A stretch of DNA of 64,000 nt from Escherichia phage BP32. The notes below the pieces were generated by a model. That model searched no databases and had not been told where the DNA came from. It saw only the letters and a list, made by a program, of their open reading frames with translations. Numbering within the stretch: position 1 is the stretch's first letter; each line of letters opens with the position of its first letter. The translations under genes were made by a program, and so were the position numbers. The stretch is taken from the sequence record OR906198.1; one strand, given 5' to 3'. This document shows, one piece after another, positions 26,065-35,685 of the stretch.

Positions 26065-28761
26065 ATGAAAGAATTTTATATCTCTATTGAAACAGTCGGA
26101 AATAGCATTGTTGAACGTTATATTGATGAAAATGGAAAGGAACGTACTCGTGAAGTAGAATATCTTCCGACTATGTTTAGGCATTGTAAGGAAGAGTCAA
26201 AATACAAAGACATTTATGGTAAAAATTGCGCTCCTCAAAAATTTCCATCAATGAAAGATGCCCGAGATTGGATGAAACGAATGGAAGACATCGGTCTCGA
26301 AGCTCTTGGTATGAACGATTTTAAACTCGCTTATATCAGTGATACATATGGTTCAGAAATTGTTTATGACCGAAAATTTGTTCGTGTAGCTAACTGTGAC
26401 ATTGAGGTTACTGGTGATAAATTTCCTGACCCAATGAAAGCAGAATATGAAATTGATGCTATCACACATTATGATTCAATTGACGACCGTTTTTACGTCT
26501 TTGATTTGTTGAATTCAATGTACGGTTCAGTATCAAAATGGGATGCAAAGTTAGCTGCTAAGCTTGACTGTGAAGGTGGTGATGAAGTTCCTCAAGAAAT
26601 TCTTGACCGAGTAATTTATATGCCATTTGATAATGAGCGTGATATGCTCATGGAATATATTAATCTCTGGGAACAGAAACGACCTGCTATTTTTACCGGT
26701 TGGAATATTGAGGGATTTGACGTTCCGTATATCATGAATCGTGTTAAAATGGTTCTCGGTGAACGTAGTATGAAACGCTTCTCTCCAATCGGTCGAGTAA
26801 AATCTAAACTAATTCAAAATATGTACGGTAGCAAAGAAATTTATTCTATTGATGGCGTATCTATTCTTGATTATTTAGATTTGTACAAGAAATTCGCATT
26901 TACTAATTTGCCATCGTTCTCTTTGGAATCAGTTGCTCAGCATGAAACCAAAAAAGGTAAATTACCGTACGATGGTCCTATTAATAAACTTCGTGAGACT
27001 AATCATCAACGATACATTAGTTATAACATCATTGACGTAGAATCAGTTCAAGCAATTGATAAAATTCGTGGGTTTATCGATCTAGTTTTAAGTATGTCTT
27101 ATTATGCTAAAATGCCTTTTTCTGGTGTAATGAGTCCTATTAAAACTTGGGATGCTATTATTTTTAACTCACTGAAAGGTGAACATAAGGTTATTCCTCA
27201 ACAAGGTTCGCACGTTAAACAAAGTTTTCCAGGTGCATTTGTGTTTGAACCTAAACCGATTGCTCGTCGATACATTATGAGTTTTGACTTGACGTCTCTG
27301 TATCCTAGCATTATTCGTCAGGTTAACATTAGTCCTGAGACTATTCGTGGACAGTTTAAAGTTCATCCAATTCATGAATATATCGCAGGAACAGCTCCTA
27401 AGCCAAGTGATGAATATTCTTGTTCTCCGAATGGATGGATGTATGATAAGCATCAAGAAGGTATCATTCCAAAGGAAATCGCTAAAGTATTTTTCCAGCG
27501 TAAAGATTGGAAAAAGAAAATGTTCGCTGAAGAAATGAATGCCGAAGCTATTAAAAAGATTATTATGAAAGGTGCAGGGTCTTGTTCAACTAAACCAGAA
27601 GTTGAACGATATGTTAAGTTCAATGATGATTTCTTAAACGAATTATCGAATTACACTGAATCTGTTCTTAATAGTCTGATCGAAGAATGTGAAAAAGCAG
27701 CTACACTTGCTAACACAAATCAGCTGAACCGTAAAATTCTTATTAACAGTCTTTATGGTGCTCTTGGTAACATTCATTTCCGCTATTATGATTTGCGAAA
27801 TGCTACTGCTATCACAATTTTTGGTCAAGTTGGTATTCAGTGGATTGCTCGTAAAATTAATGAATATCTGAATAAAGTATGTGGAACTGATGGTGAAGAT
27901 TTCATCGCAGCAGGTGATACTGATTCGGTATATGTTTGTGTAGATAAAGTAATTGAAAAAGTAGGTCTTGACCGCTTTAAAGAACAAAATGATTTAGTTG
28001 AATTCATGAATCAGTTCGGTAAGAAAAAGATGGAACCTATGATTGATGTTGCATATCGTGAGTTATGTGATTATATGAATAACCGCGAGCATCTGATGCA
28101 TATGGACCGTGAAGCTATTTCTTGTCCTCCGCTTGGTTCAAAGGGTGTTGGTGGATTTTGGAAAGCGAAAAAGCGTTATGCTCTGAACGTTTATGATATG
28201 GAAGATAAGCGATTTGCTGAACCGCATCTAAAAATCATGGGTATGGAAACTCAACAGAGCTCAACACCAAAAGCAGTACAAGAAGCTCTCGAAGAAAGTA
28301 TTCGTCGTATTCTTCAGGAAGGTGAAGAGTCTGTCCAAGAATACTACAAGAACTTTGAGAAAGAATATCGTCAACTTGACTATAAAGTTATTGCTGAAGT
28401 AAAAACTGCGAACGATATAGCGAAATATGATGATAAAGGTTGGCCAGGATTTAAATGCCCGTTCCACATTCGTGGGGTGCTAACTTATCGTCGAGCTGTT
28501 AATGGTTTAGGTGTAGCTCCAATTTTGGATGGAAATAAGGTAATGGTTCTTCCATTACGTGAAGGAAATCCATTTGGTGATAAGTGCATTGCTTGGCCGT
28601 CGGGTACGGAACTTCCAAAAGAAATTCGTTCTGATGTACTGTCTTGGATTGACTACTCAACTTTGTTCCAAAAATCGTTTGTTAAACCGCTTGCGGGCAT
28701 GTGTGAATCGGCAGGTATGGACTATGAGGAAAAAGCTTCGTTAGACTTCCTGTTTGGCTGA
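26065..28761 (+). CDS. 43: DNA polymerase gp43
   Basis: 898 aa; family-B polymerase motifs (exo FDIE, pol DTDS) ; length equals T4 gp43. Confidence 0.95.
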   Translation: MKEFYISIETVGNSIVERYIDENGKERTREVEYLPTMFRHCKEESKYKDIYGKNCAPQKFPSMKDARDWMKRMEDIGLEALGMNDFKLAYISDTYGSEIVYDRKFVRVANCDIEVTGDKFPDPMKAEYEIDAITHYDSIDDRFYVFDLLNSMYGSVSKWDAKLAAKLDCEGGDEVPQEILDRVIYMPFDNERDMLMEYINLWEQKRPAIFTGWNIEGFDVPYIMNRVKMVLGERSMKRFSPIGRVKSKLIQNMYGSKEIYSIDGVSILDYLDLYKKFAFTNLPSFSLESVAQHETKKGKLPYDGPINKLRETNHQRYISYNIIDVESVQAIDKIRGFIDLVLSMSYYAKMPFSGVMSPIKTWDAIIFNSLKGEHKVIPQQGSHVKQSFPGAFVFEPKPIARRYIMSFDLTSLYPSIIRQVNISPETIRGQFKVHPIHEYIAGTAPKPSDEYSCSPNGWMYDKHQEGIIPKEIAKVFFQRKDWKKKMFAEEMNAEAIKKIIMKGAGSCSTKPEVERYVKFNDDFLNELSNYTESVLNSLIEECEKAATLANTNQLNRKILINSLYGALGNIHFRYYDLRNATAITIFGQVGIQWIARKINEYLNKVCGTDGEDFIAAGDTDSVYVCVDKVIEKVGLDRFKEQNDLVEFMNQFGKKKMEPMIDVAYRELCDYMNNREHLMHMDREAISCPPLGSKGVGGFWKAKKRYALNVYDMEDKRFAEPHLKIMGMETQQSSTPKAVQEALEESIRRILQEGEESVQEYYKNFEKEYRQLDYKVIAEVKTANDIAKYDDKGWPGFKCPFHIRGVLTYRRAVNGLGVAPILDGNKVMVLPLREGNPFGDKCIAWPSGTELPKEIRSDVLSWIDYSTLFQKSFVKPLAGMCESAGMDYEEKASLDFLFG

Positions 28762-28774
28762 TAGAATAAATCTA

Positions 28775-28796
28775 GGGACCTCCGGGTCCCTTTTTC
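28775..28796 (+). terminator. rho-independent terminator after gene 43
   Basis: GGGACC-TCCG-GGTCCC hairpin followed by TTTTT. Confidence 0.8.
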
Positions 28797-28878
28797 ATAC
28801 AAGTAATATAAATCTATACTTAGGAAAAATAGATGATTCTGGGCCCTTTGAATTCATTAAAAATTTTTTCACAAAATG

Positions 28879-28908
28879 GTTTACATCCCGGTTCCTTTAT
28901 GGTACTAT
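28879..28908 (+). promoter_or_regulatory. T4-type early promoter
   Basis: -35 GTTTAC, -10 TACTAT; leader nearly identical to that at 2161-2194. Confidence 0.65.
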
Positions 28909-28942
28909 ATAACTATCAACTGATACGGATTTGGAGAATGAA

Positions 28943-29323
28943 ATGAAAATCGCTATTTTGGTTATTGCATTGGGTCTTACTGGTTGTGTAGCTCAAGGAC
29001 CAGTAGTAAATCAGTCTGATGTAGGAAAAATTGTAAACTGTTCAAGCAAATTTTATAATCCTAATGTTAAGTGTTATAAAGAAGCTCCAAAACAGACAGT
29101 AGAACAAATGCAGGCGAATTTTGACGAAGCTATTCGTCCAGATGAATCTGCCCAAGCATATCGTAATTCAGATGTAATTACACGCGAAGAAAAAATTGAA
29201 AGCTACTGCGCTGAACTTTGGGCTAATTGGGCTAATAATTACCAATGGCGTACTGGTAAAAATGCTCCGATGGAGTATGTAGTGAATTCTTATAATTCAT
29301 GTGTAAAAAATTTGACTAAGTGA
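28943..29323 (+). CDS. lipoprotein (imm.1-position), 126 aa
   Basis: Signal peptide with lipobox LTGC; ATG at 28943 after GGAGAATGAA; own early promoter. Confidence 0.65.
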   Translation: MKIAILVIALGLTGCVAQGPVVNQSDVGKIVNCSSKFYNPNVKCYKEAPKQTVEQMQANFDEAIRPDESAQAYRNSDVITREEKIESYCAELWANWANNYQWRTGKNAPMEYVVNSYNSCVKNLTK

Positions 29324-29330
29324 GGAAAAC

Positions 29331-29582
29331 ATGGAAACTTTAGTAGCAGGTTCAATTTTTATGGTTTTAGTTTCAGGCGTGTTGGCTATTATTATATACA
29401 TGCTTCCATGGTTCATCGCCTTGATGCGTGGGTCAAAATCGACAGTAGGAATCTTTTTTACATCTTTACTGTTTAACTGGTCAATCATTGGTTGGTTTAT
29501 TACATTTATTTGGTCAATTGCGGGTGAAACCAAAAAGTCTGCACAGCCAAATCAAGTAATTATCATCAGAGAGAAGGAATGA
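29331..29582 (+). CDS. imm: superinfection immunity membrane protein Imm
   Basis: 83 aa, two TM segments; position between 43 and 42 and length match T4 imm. Confidence 0.7.
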   Translation: METLVAGSIFMVLVSGVLAIIIYMLPWFIALMRGSKSTVGIFFTSLLFNWSIIGWFITFIWSIAGETKKSAQPNQVIIIREKE

Positions 29583-29728
29583 AAAGCAAAATTATAGCAG
29601 TGTTGCTTTTAATCTTGATGATTATAATAAGTATATACTATAGTGTAACGGTTCCTTGCATGATTCCAACTATTATTTTAGGTTGGGGTTTATTACTGTT
29701 ACAAGTTAAATATGAATGTATCAATTGA
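29579..29728 (+). CDS. small membrane peptide (49 aa)
   Basis: Hand-translated ORF MKSKIIAVLLLILMIIISIYY...; ATGA overlap with imm stop. Confidence 0.35.
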   Translation: MKSKIIAVLLLILMIIISIYYSVTVPCMIPTIILGWGLLLLQVKYECIN

Positions 29729-29735
29729 GGTTTAA

Positions 29736-30476
29736 ATGATTAGTGACTCTATGACAGTTGAAGAAATCCGTCTTCATTTGGGGCTTGCATTAAAAGAAAA
29801 AGATTTCGTAGTTGATAAAACTGGTGTTAAAACTATTGAAATTATTGGCGCATCATTTGTAGCAGATGAACCGTTTATTTTTGGCGCTCTTAATGATGAA
29901 TACATTCAGCGTGAACTTGAATGGTATAAATCTAAGAGCTTGTTTGTTAAAGATATTCCAGGTGAAACACCAAAGATTTGGCAGCAGGTAGCATCTTCTA
30001 AAGGCGAAATTAACTCGAATTATGGTTGGGCTATCTGGTCAGAAGATAACTATGCTCAGTATGATATGTGTTTAGCTGAACTTGGTCAAAATCCTGATTC
30101 TCGGCGTGGTATCATGATTTATACTCGTCCATCCATGCAGTTTGACTACAACAAAGATGGTATGTCAGATTTCATGTGTACGAATACAGTACAGTATCTG
30201 ATTCGTGATAAGAAAGTCAATGCAGTAGTTAACATGCGCTCAAATGACGTGGTCTTCGGATTCCGCAATGATTATGCGTGGCAAAAATACGTACTAGATA
30301 AATTAGTATCTGATTTGAATGCAGGTGATTCAACTCGTCAGTATAAAGCAGGTTCCATTATATGGAATGTCGGAAGCCTTCACGTGTATTCTCGTCATTT
30401 TTATTTGGTCGACCATTGGTGGAAAACTGGCGAAACTCATATTGCGAAAAAAGATTATAATGGTGAGTGGAAATGA
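29736..30476 (+). CDS. 42: dCMP hydroxymethylase gp42
   Basis: 246 aa; thymidylate-synthase-like fold; length and position match T4 gp42. Confidence 0.9.
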   Translation: MISDSMTVEEIRLHLGLALKEKDFVVDKTGVKTIEIIGASFVADEPFIFGALNDEYIQRELEWYKSKSLFVKDIPGETPKIWQQVASSKGEINSNYGWAIWSEDNYAQYDMCLAELGQNPDSRRGIMIYTRPSMQFDYNKDGMSDFMCTNTVQYLIRDKKVNAVVNMRSNDVVFGFRNDYAWQKYVLDKLVSDLNAGDSTRQYKAGSIIWNVGSLHVYSRHFYLVDHWWKTGETHIAKKDYNGEWK

Positions 30477-31315
30477 TTCAATTCGTAATTCCAAGCTATC
30501 AACGTGTAGGGGCAGTTTCTGCCCTTGATATGTTTCCATCTGATTATGAACCACATATTGTAGTACGTGAACATGAAGAAAAAGCTTATTATGACGCTTA
30601 CGGGTCTAGAGCTAAAATTATAACTATTCCTGATGATGTCAATGGAATTGCTGGTACTCGTAAAGCGATTACTGATATGTATGCAGGTCAGCGAATTTGG
30701 ATGATTGATGATGATACTACTATTCGTATGAGTTCAATGCGAAAGAAAGATGATCGTCGCTGCGTAGATAAAATTAATCAGTTAACTCGTGAACAATTCT
30801 ATGAATTGATTCAATACGTTGAAGATGCCATGGATTGCGGGTATTATCACGGTCATGCTCGTTTACCTATTTTTAAAATTACTTCATCTTGGGGTAATTA
30901 TCGTGAAAATTCATATGGATTCACGAATACATGGTATGACCTTGGAAAACTTACAACAGAACAAATTGGGTATGGAAAAATTGATTTATGCGAAGATATG
31001 TATGCATTTCTCAATTTAATTAATCAAGGTTATCCGCATTTGGCCTTGTTCAAATATCTGGTTGTATCCGGAAAAGCACAGGCTCCCGGTGGATGCAGCT
31101 CAATTCGTAGTAATTCTAAGCATAATAGAGCTCTTGAGCAAATCAATAAAGAGTTTCCAGAGCAAGCTCGTTGGAAAACTTCTAATATTGAAAAACGAAA
31201 ATCATTAGGTGAAGAAGACGAGCCATTAAAGGTTCTTCGCATGTGTGTTTCGCGCAAAGAAAAGTCAGAAGCGTTTCATAAGTTTAATGCTATTCATCCA
31301 ATAGCAGTTGATTAA
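30473..31315 (+). CDS. putative DNA glucosyltransferase in the beta-gt locus (not T4 beta-gt-like; possibly T2/T6 beta-alpha-gt type)
   Basis: 280 aa from ATG at 30473 (ATGA overlap with gene 42); sits where T4 has beta-gt (351 aa) but does not resemble my recall of T4 beta-gt. Confidence 0.55.
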   Translation: MIQFVIPSYQRVGAVSALDMFPSDYEPHIVVREHEEKAYYDAYGSRAKIITIPDDVNGIAGTRKAITDMYAGQRIWMIDDDTTIRMSSMRKKDDRRCVDKINQLTREQFYELIQYVEDAMDCGYYHGHARLPIFKITSSWGNYRENSYGFTNTWYDLGKLTTEQIGYGKIDLCEDMYAFLNLINQGYPHLALFKYLVVSGKAQAPGGCSSIRSNSKHNRALEQINKEFPEQARWKTSNIEKRKSLGEEDEPLKVLRMCVSRKEKSEAFHKFNAIHPIAVD

Positions 31316-31392
31316 TGCCTAAATTTATTGTGTTATAATTACCCTATCTTTAACCAGTGAGGAAAATATAATGATGCCTATGGAAAAAATGA

Positions 31393-32574
31393 ATGTCTAT
31401 TGCAGATTTAAAATCCCGTTTGATTAAAGCTTCCACTTCTAAAATGACTGCTGAACTGACTACATCTAAATTCTTTAATGAAAAGGATGTAATCCGTACA
31501 AAAATTCCAATGCTCAATATCGCTATTTCCGGCGCGATTGATGGTGGTATGCAGTCTGGTTTAACCATTTTTGCAGGTCCTTCTAAACACTTTAAATCAA
31601 ATATGTCTTTGACTATGGTTGCGGCGTATTTGAACAAATATCCTGATGCGGTTTGTCTATTTTATGATAGCGAATTTGGTATTACTCCAGCTTATTTGCG
31701 ATCCATGGGAGTTGACCCGGAACGAGTAATTCATACACCAATCCAGTCAGTTGAACAACTGAAAATTGATATGGTGAATCAGCTTGAAGCTATTGAGCGC
31801 GGTGAAAAAGTTATTGTATTCATCGACTCAATCGGTAATATGGCTTCTAAGAAAGAAACGGAAGATGCCTTGAATGAAAAATCTGTGGCAGATATGACTC
31901 GTGCTAAATCACTGAAGTCATTATTCCGTATTGTTACTCCTTATTTTAGTATTAAAAACATTCCATGTGTTGCGGTTAACCATACAATTGAAACAATTGA
32001 AATGTTTAGTAAAACCGTGATGACAGGTGGTACAGGCGTAATGTATTCGGCTGATACTGTATTCATTATCGGTAAGCGTCAGATTAAAGATGGTTCTGAT
32101 CTTCAGGGGTATCAATTTGTTCTAAATGTAGAAAAATCTCGTACCGTCAAAGAAAAAAGTAAATTCTTTATTGATGTTAAATTTGACGGTGGTATCGATC
32201 CTTATTCTGGATTGTTAGATATGGCTCTTGAATTAGGATTTGTAGTAAAACCTAAAAATGGTTGGTATGCTCGTGAATTTCTTGACGAAGAAACCGGCGA
32301 GATGATTCGCGAAGAAAAATCTTGGCGCGCAAAAGATACCAATTGCACTACATTCTGGGGTCCTTTATTTAAGCATCAACCATTCCGAGATGCTATTAAA
32401 CGTGCTTATCAGTTAGGTGCTATTGATAGTAATGAAATTGTTGAAGCTGAAGTCGACGAATTGATTAACTCAAAGGTTGAAAAATTTAAATCTCCAGAAA
32501 GTAAAAGTAAATCAGCAGCTGATTTAGAAACTGACCTAGAACAGTTAAGTGGTATGGAAGAATTTAATGAATAA
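31393..32574 (+). CDS. uvsX: RecA-like recombinase UvsX
   Basis: 393 aa; near-identical to my recall of T4 UvsX (ADLKSRLIKASTSKMTAELT ... Walker A GPSKHFKS). Confidence 0.92.
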   Translation: MSIADLKSRLIKASTSKMTAELTTSKFFNEKDVIRTKIPMLNIAISGAIDGGMQSGLTIFAGPSKHFKSNMSLTMVAAYLNKYPDAVCLFYDSEFGITPAYLRSMGVDPERVIHTPIQSVEQLKIDMVNQLEAIERGEKVIVFIDSIGNMASKKETEDALNEKSVADMTRAKSLKSLFRIVTPYFSIKNIPCVAVNHTIETIEMFSKTVMTGGTGVMYSADTVFIIGKRQIKDGSDLQGYQFVLNVEKSRTVKEKSKFFIDVKFDGGIDPYSGLLDMALELGFVVKPKNGWYAREFLDEETGEMIREEKSWRAKDTNCTTFWGPLFKHQPFRDAIKRAYQLGAIDSNEIVEAEVDELINSKVEKFKSPESKSKSAADLETDLEQLSGMEEFNE

Positions 32575-32905
32575 AGATGATTTAGATTTAGAAATTATCG
32601 ATGAATCCCCCTCTTCGGAGGGGGAAGAAGAAAGAAAAGAACGTCTTTTTAATGAATCTCTTAAGATAATTAAATCTGCCATGGAAAATGTTATCCAGGA
32701 GATTGTCATTAAACTAGAAGATGGTTCTACACACATTGTGTATGTGACAAAATTAGATTGGGTTGATGGAAAAGTCGTAATGGACTTTGCTGTTCTTGAC
32801 CAAGAAAGAAAAGCTGAGTTAGCTCCTCATGTAGAAAAATGTATTACAATGCAACTACAAGATGCATTTAATAAAAGGTCAAAGAAAAAATTTAAATTCT
32901 TTTAA
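32567..32905 (+). CDS. 40: head vertex assembly protein gp40
   Basis: 112 aa from ATG at 32567 (track start 32549 is GTG); position between uvsX and 41 as in T4; overlaps uvsX stop. Confidence 0.65.
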   Translation: MNKDDLDLEIIDESPSSEGEEERKERLFNESLKIIKSAMENVIQEIVIKLEDGSTHIVYVTKLDWVDGKVVMDFAVLDQERKAELAPHVEKCITMQLQDAFNKRSKKKFKFF

Positions 32906-32914
32906 GGAGTAAGT

Positions 32915-34342
32915 GTGGTAGAAATTATTCTTTCTCATCTCATATTTGATCAAGCTTATTTTTCAAAAGTTTGGCCATATATGGATTCAGAATATTTTGA
33001 AAGTGGTCCAGCTAAAAATACATTCAAATTAATTAAATCTCATGTTAATGAGTACCATAGCGTTCCATCTATTAATGCGTTAAATGTTGCATTAGAAAAT
33101 AGTTCATTTACTGAAACAGAATATTCTGGTGTAAAAACACTTATTTCAAAACTAACCGATTCTCCGGAAGACCACAGCTGGTTAGTAAAAGAAACAGAAA
33201 AATATGTTCAGCAAAGGGCGATGTTTAATGCTACGTCTAAAATAATTGAAATTCAAACTAATGCTGAGCTTCCTCCGGAAAAACGAAATAAGAAAATGCC
33301 AGATGTAGGTGCTATTCCTGACATCATGCGCCAAGCATTATCAATTTCATTTGATAGCTACGTTGGTCATGATTGGATGGATGACTACGAAGCACGTTGG
33401 CTATCTTATATGAATAAAGCTCGTAAGGTTCCATTTAAACTCAAAATTCTAAATAAAATTACTAAAGGCGGAGCTGAAACTGGAACACTGAACGTTTTAA
33501 TGGCTGGTGTTAACGTCGGTAAGTCATTAGGTCTGTGTTCATTAGCAGCAGATTATTTGCAGCTCGGACATAATGTTCTTTACATTTCCATGGAAATGGC
33601 AGAAGAAGTTTGTGCTAAGCGTATTGATGCTAATATGCTTGATGTTTCTCTTGATGACATTGATGATGGGCATATTTCTTACGCTGAATATAAAGGAAAA
33701 ATGGAAAAATGGCGTGAGAAATCTACTCTTGGACGTTTAATCGTTAAACAGTATCCTACTGGTGGAGCAGACGCTAATACATTTCGGTCGCTTTTAAATG
33801 AATTAAAGCTCAAGAAGAATTTTGTTCCAACAATCATTATTGTTGACTATCTAGGTATTTGTAAATCTTGCCGCATCAGAGTTTATTCAGAAAATAGTTA
33901 CACAACTGTTAAAGCTATCGCAGAAGAATTACGTGCTCTGGCTGTTGAAACCGAAACTGTTCTTTGGACTGCAGCACAGGTTGGTAAACAAGCTTGGGAT
34001 TCTTCTGATGTTAACATGAGCGATATTGCAGAATCTGCCGGTCTTCCAGCAACAGCCGATTTTATGCTTGCGGTCATTGAAACCGAGGAGTTAGCAGCTG
34101 CTGAACAACAACTCATTAAGCAAATCAAATCACGATATGGTGATAAGAATAAATGGAATAAGTTTTTGATGGGTGTTCAAAAAGGAAATCAGAAATGGGT
34201 AGAAATTGAACAAGATTCTACTCCAACTGAAGTGAACGAAGTGGCAGGTTCACAGCAGATTCAAGCTGAGCAGAATCGCTATCAAAGAAACGAATCCGCT
34301 CGAGCTCAGTTAGATGCTTTGGCAAATGAATTAAAATTTTAG
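32915..34342 (+). CDS. 41: replicative DNA helicase gp41
   Basis: 475 aa; Walker A GVNVGKS; matches my recall of T4 gp41; GTG start after AAGGAG. Confidence 0.92.
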   Translation: MVEIILSHLIFDQAYFSKVWPYMDSEYFESGPAKNTFKLIKSHVNEYHSVPSINALNVALENSSFTETEYSGVKTLISKLTDSPEDHSWLVKETEKYVQQRAMFNATSKIIEIQTNAELPPEKRNKKMPDVGAIPDIMRQALSISFDSYVGHDWMDDYEARWLSYMNKARKVPFKLKILNKITKGGAETGTLNVLMAGVNVGKSLGLCSLAADYLQLGHNVLYISMEMAEEVCAKRIDANMLDVSLDDIDDGHISYAEYKGKMEKWREKSTLGRLIVKQYPTGGADANTFRSLLNELKLKKNFVPTIIIVDYLGICKSCRIRVYSENSYTTVKAIAEELRALAVETETVLWTAAQVGKQAWDSSDVNMSDIAESAGLPATADFMLAVIETEELAAAEQQLIKQIKSRYGDKNKWNKFLMGVQKGNQKWVEIEQDSTPTEVNEVAGSQQIQAEQNRYQRNESARAQLDALANELKF

Positions 34343-34371
34343 TTTACAAGCTGACAAGACTATGGTATAGT
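34342..34371 (+). promoter_or_regulatory. T4-type early promoter
   Basis: -35 GTTTAC overlapping the gene 41 stop, -10 TATAGT flanked by inverted repeat CAAGACT / AGTCTTG. Confidence 0.6.
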
Positions 34372-34401
34372 AGTCTTGTTGGTTAAATTGGGGAAATTAT
34401 T

Positions 34402-34593
34402 ATGGAATTAGCAAAGATTGTTTTTATTGGCTGGTTTGAAAATGGTAATATGTTTACCAAAGAAATCACTATGGATGTGTCTGATAAAGATCAAATTCTA
34501 TGGGTCACTTCACAACTTGCTGAAGTTAATAAAGCTTTAGTTAAAGCATTTGTTAATGATAAAAAAGTTTTTGAATCTGATTGGCGAGGGTAA
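34402..34593 (+). CDS. small protein in the T4 dmd (61.5) position
   Basis: 63 aa directly downstream of gene 41; T4 Dmd is about 60 aa; identity by position only. Confidence 0.45.
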   Translation: MELAKIVFIGWFENGNMFTKEITMDVSDKDQILWVTSQLAEVNKALVKAFVNDKKVFESDWRG

Positions 34594-34594
34594 T

Positions 34595-34837
34595 ATGCAT
34601 ACGGTTTTATTTAAACCTACTCCGTATAATGTTAGGAAAAATACTCAATTCAAAGCACTTGTTGCAGATACGTGGGAATTGGTGTTAGATATTCCAGCAG
34701 AAGAAAGTCCTCCATTTGGTCGAGTGGAATTTATTAAGTTTGCTGTGCGCCCTACGAAGCGACAGATTCGTCAATGCAAAAGATACTTTCGTAAAATCGT
34801 CAAGTTAGAGAAACAGTTATTGATGCTAGTAAAATAG
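34595..34837 (+). CDS. hypothetical protein (80 aa), 61.x block
   Basis: In-frame ATG at 34595 within track ORF 34550..34837. Confidence 0.5.
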   Translation: MHTVLFKPTPYNVRKNTQFKALVADTWELVLDIPAEESPPFGRVEFIKFAVRPTKRQIRQCKRYFRKIVKLEKQLLMLVK

Positions 34838-34839
34838 TA

Positions 34840-34869
34840 GTTTACAAGCTGATAGAGTTGTGTTATAGT
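34840..34869 (+). promoter_or_regulatory. T4-type early promoter
   Basis: -35 GTTTAC, -10 TATAGT flanked by inverted repeat GCTGATAG / CTATCAGC. Confidence 0.6.
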
Positions 34870-34900
34870 AATTCTATCAGCTAATCGCGGAGAAAAGAAA

Positions 34901-35155
34901 ATGATGCTAGTTAATAGAGAATATCAGTTTAAATCAGAAGAAGATTTGGAAAAATTCGCAAGTGGTTGTGAACTGAATAGACGCACAGCTAAAGTCATAG
35001 GATTAAAACCCTTTACAGTTCTAGATTGTGAAGTTTCTAAATTCCGCAGAGGGTGTTCTATTAGCGGTCATGCTCTGGTTGATGGGAACACATTTTTCTT
35101 TGTTTTTAGCGTCAGAGAACTTTTATTGATTAACGAACTTGAGGAAATAAAATAG
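34901..35155 (+). CDS. hypothetical protein (84 aa), 61.x block
   Basis: Track ORF; own early promoter. Confidence 0.55.
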   Translation: MMLVNREYQFKSEEDLEKFASGCELNRRTAKVIGLKPFTVLDCEVSKFRRGCSISGHALVDGNTFFFVFSVRELLLINELEEIK

Positions 35156-35212
35156 TTTACTTTTGTTGGAAATTGAGATACTATATAAACATAAACTACT
35201 GAGGAGATTATC

Positions 35213-35506
35213 ATGAAAAAATTTGTTTTTGCTGCAATTTTTGCTTTGGCTTCTTGTACTGCTCAGCCTGCTATGGCGGGTTATGATAAAGATTTGTGCG
35301 AATGGTCTATGACTGCAGATCAGACTGAGGTTGAAACTCAGATTGAAGCAGATATTATGAATATCGTTGAGCGTGATCGCCCTGAAATGAAAGCTGAAGT
35401 ACAAAAACAGCTTAAGTCTGGTGGTGTAATGCAGTATAATTACGTTTTGTATTGCGATAAAAACTTCAATAATAAAAATATCATCGCTGAAGTGGTAGGT
35501 GAATAA
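35213..35506 (+). CDS. sp: periplasmic spackle protein Sp (lysozyme inhibitor)
   Basis: 97 aa with signal peptide MKKFVFAAIFALASCTAQPAMA; length and locus match T4 sp. Confidence 0.7.
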   Translation: MKKFVFAAIFALASCTAQPAMAGYDKDLCEWSMTADQTEVETQIEADIMNIVERDRPEMKAEVQKQLKSGGVMQYNYVLYCDKNFNNKNIIAEVVGE

Positions 35507-35518
35507 TTAGAGGTTAAT

Positions 35519-35683
35519 ATGAAAACATATAAAGAATTTATCAAAGAAGATATGGTCGCTGGAGATTCAGGTGGTAATCCTGAAAATATCTCTACTGGAA
35601 CAACATCAGGTGCTGTAGTAAATAAAGGCCCTGAACAGATTCCTAAAAAGAAAAAAGAGGAATCTAAAGAAAAAGAAGAGTAA
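35519..35683 (+). CDS. hypothetical small acidic/basic protein (54 aa)
   Basis: Hand-translated ORF MKTYKEFIKEDMVAGDSGG...; ends 2 nt before the gene 61 ATG. Confidence 0.4.
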   Translation: MKTYKEFIKEDMVAGDSGGNPENISTGTTSGAVVNKGPEQIPKKKKEESKEKEE

Positions 35684-35685
35684 AA

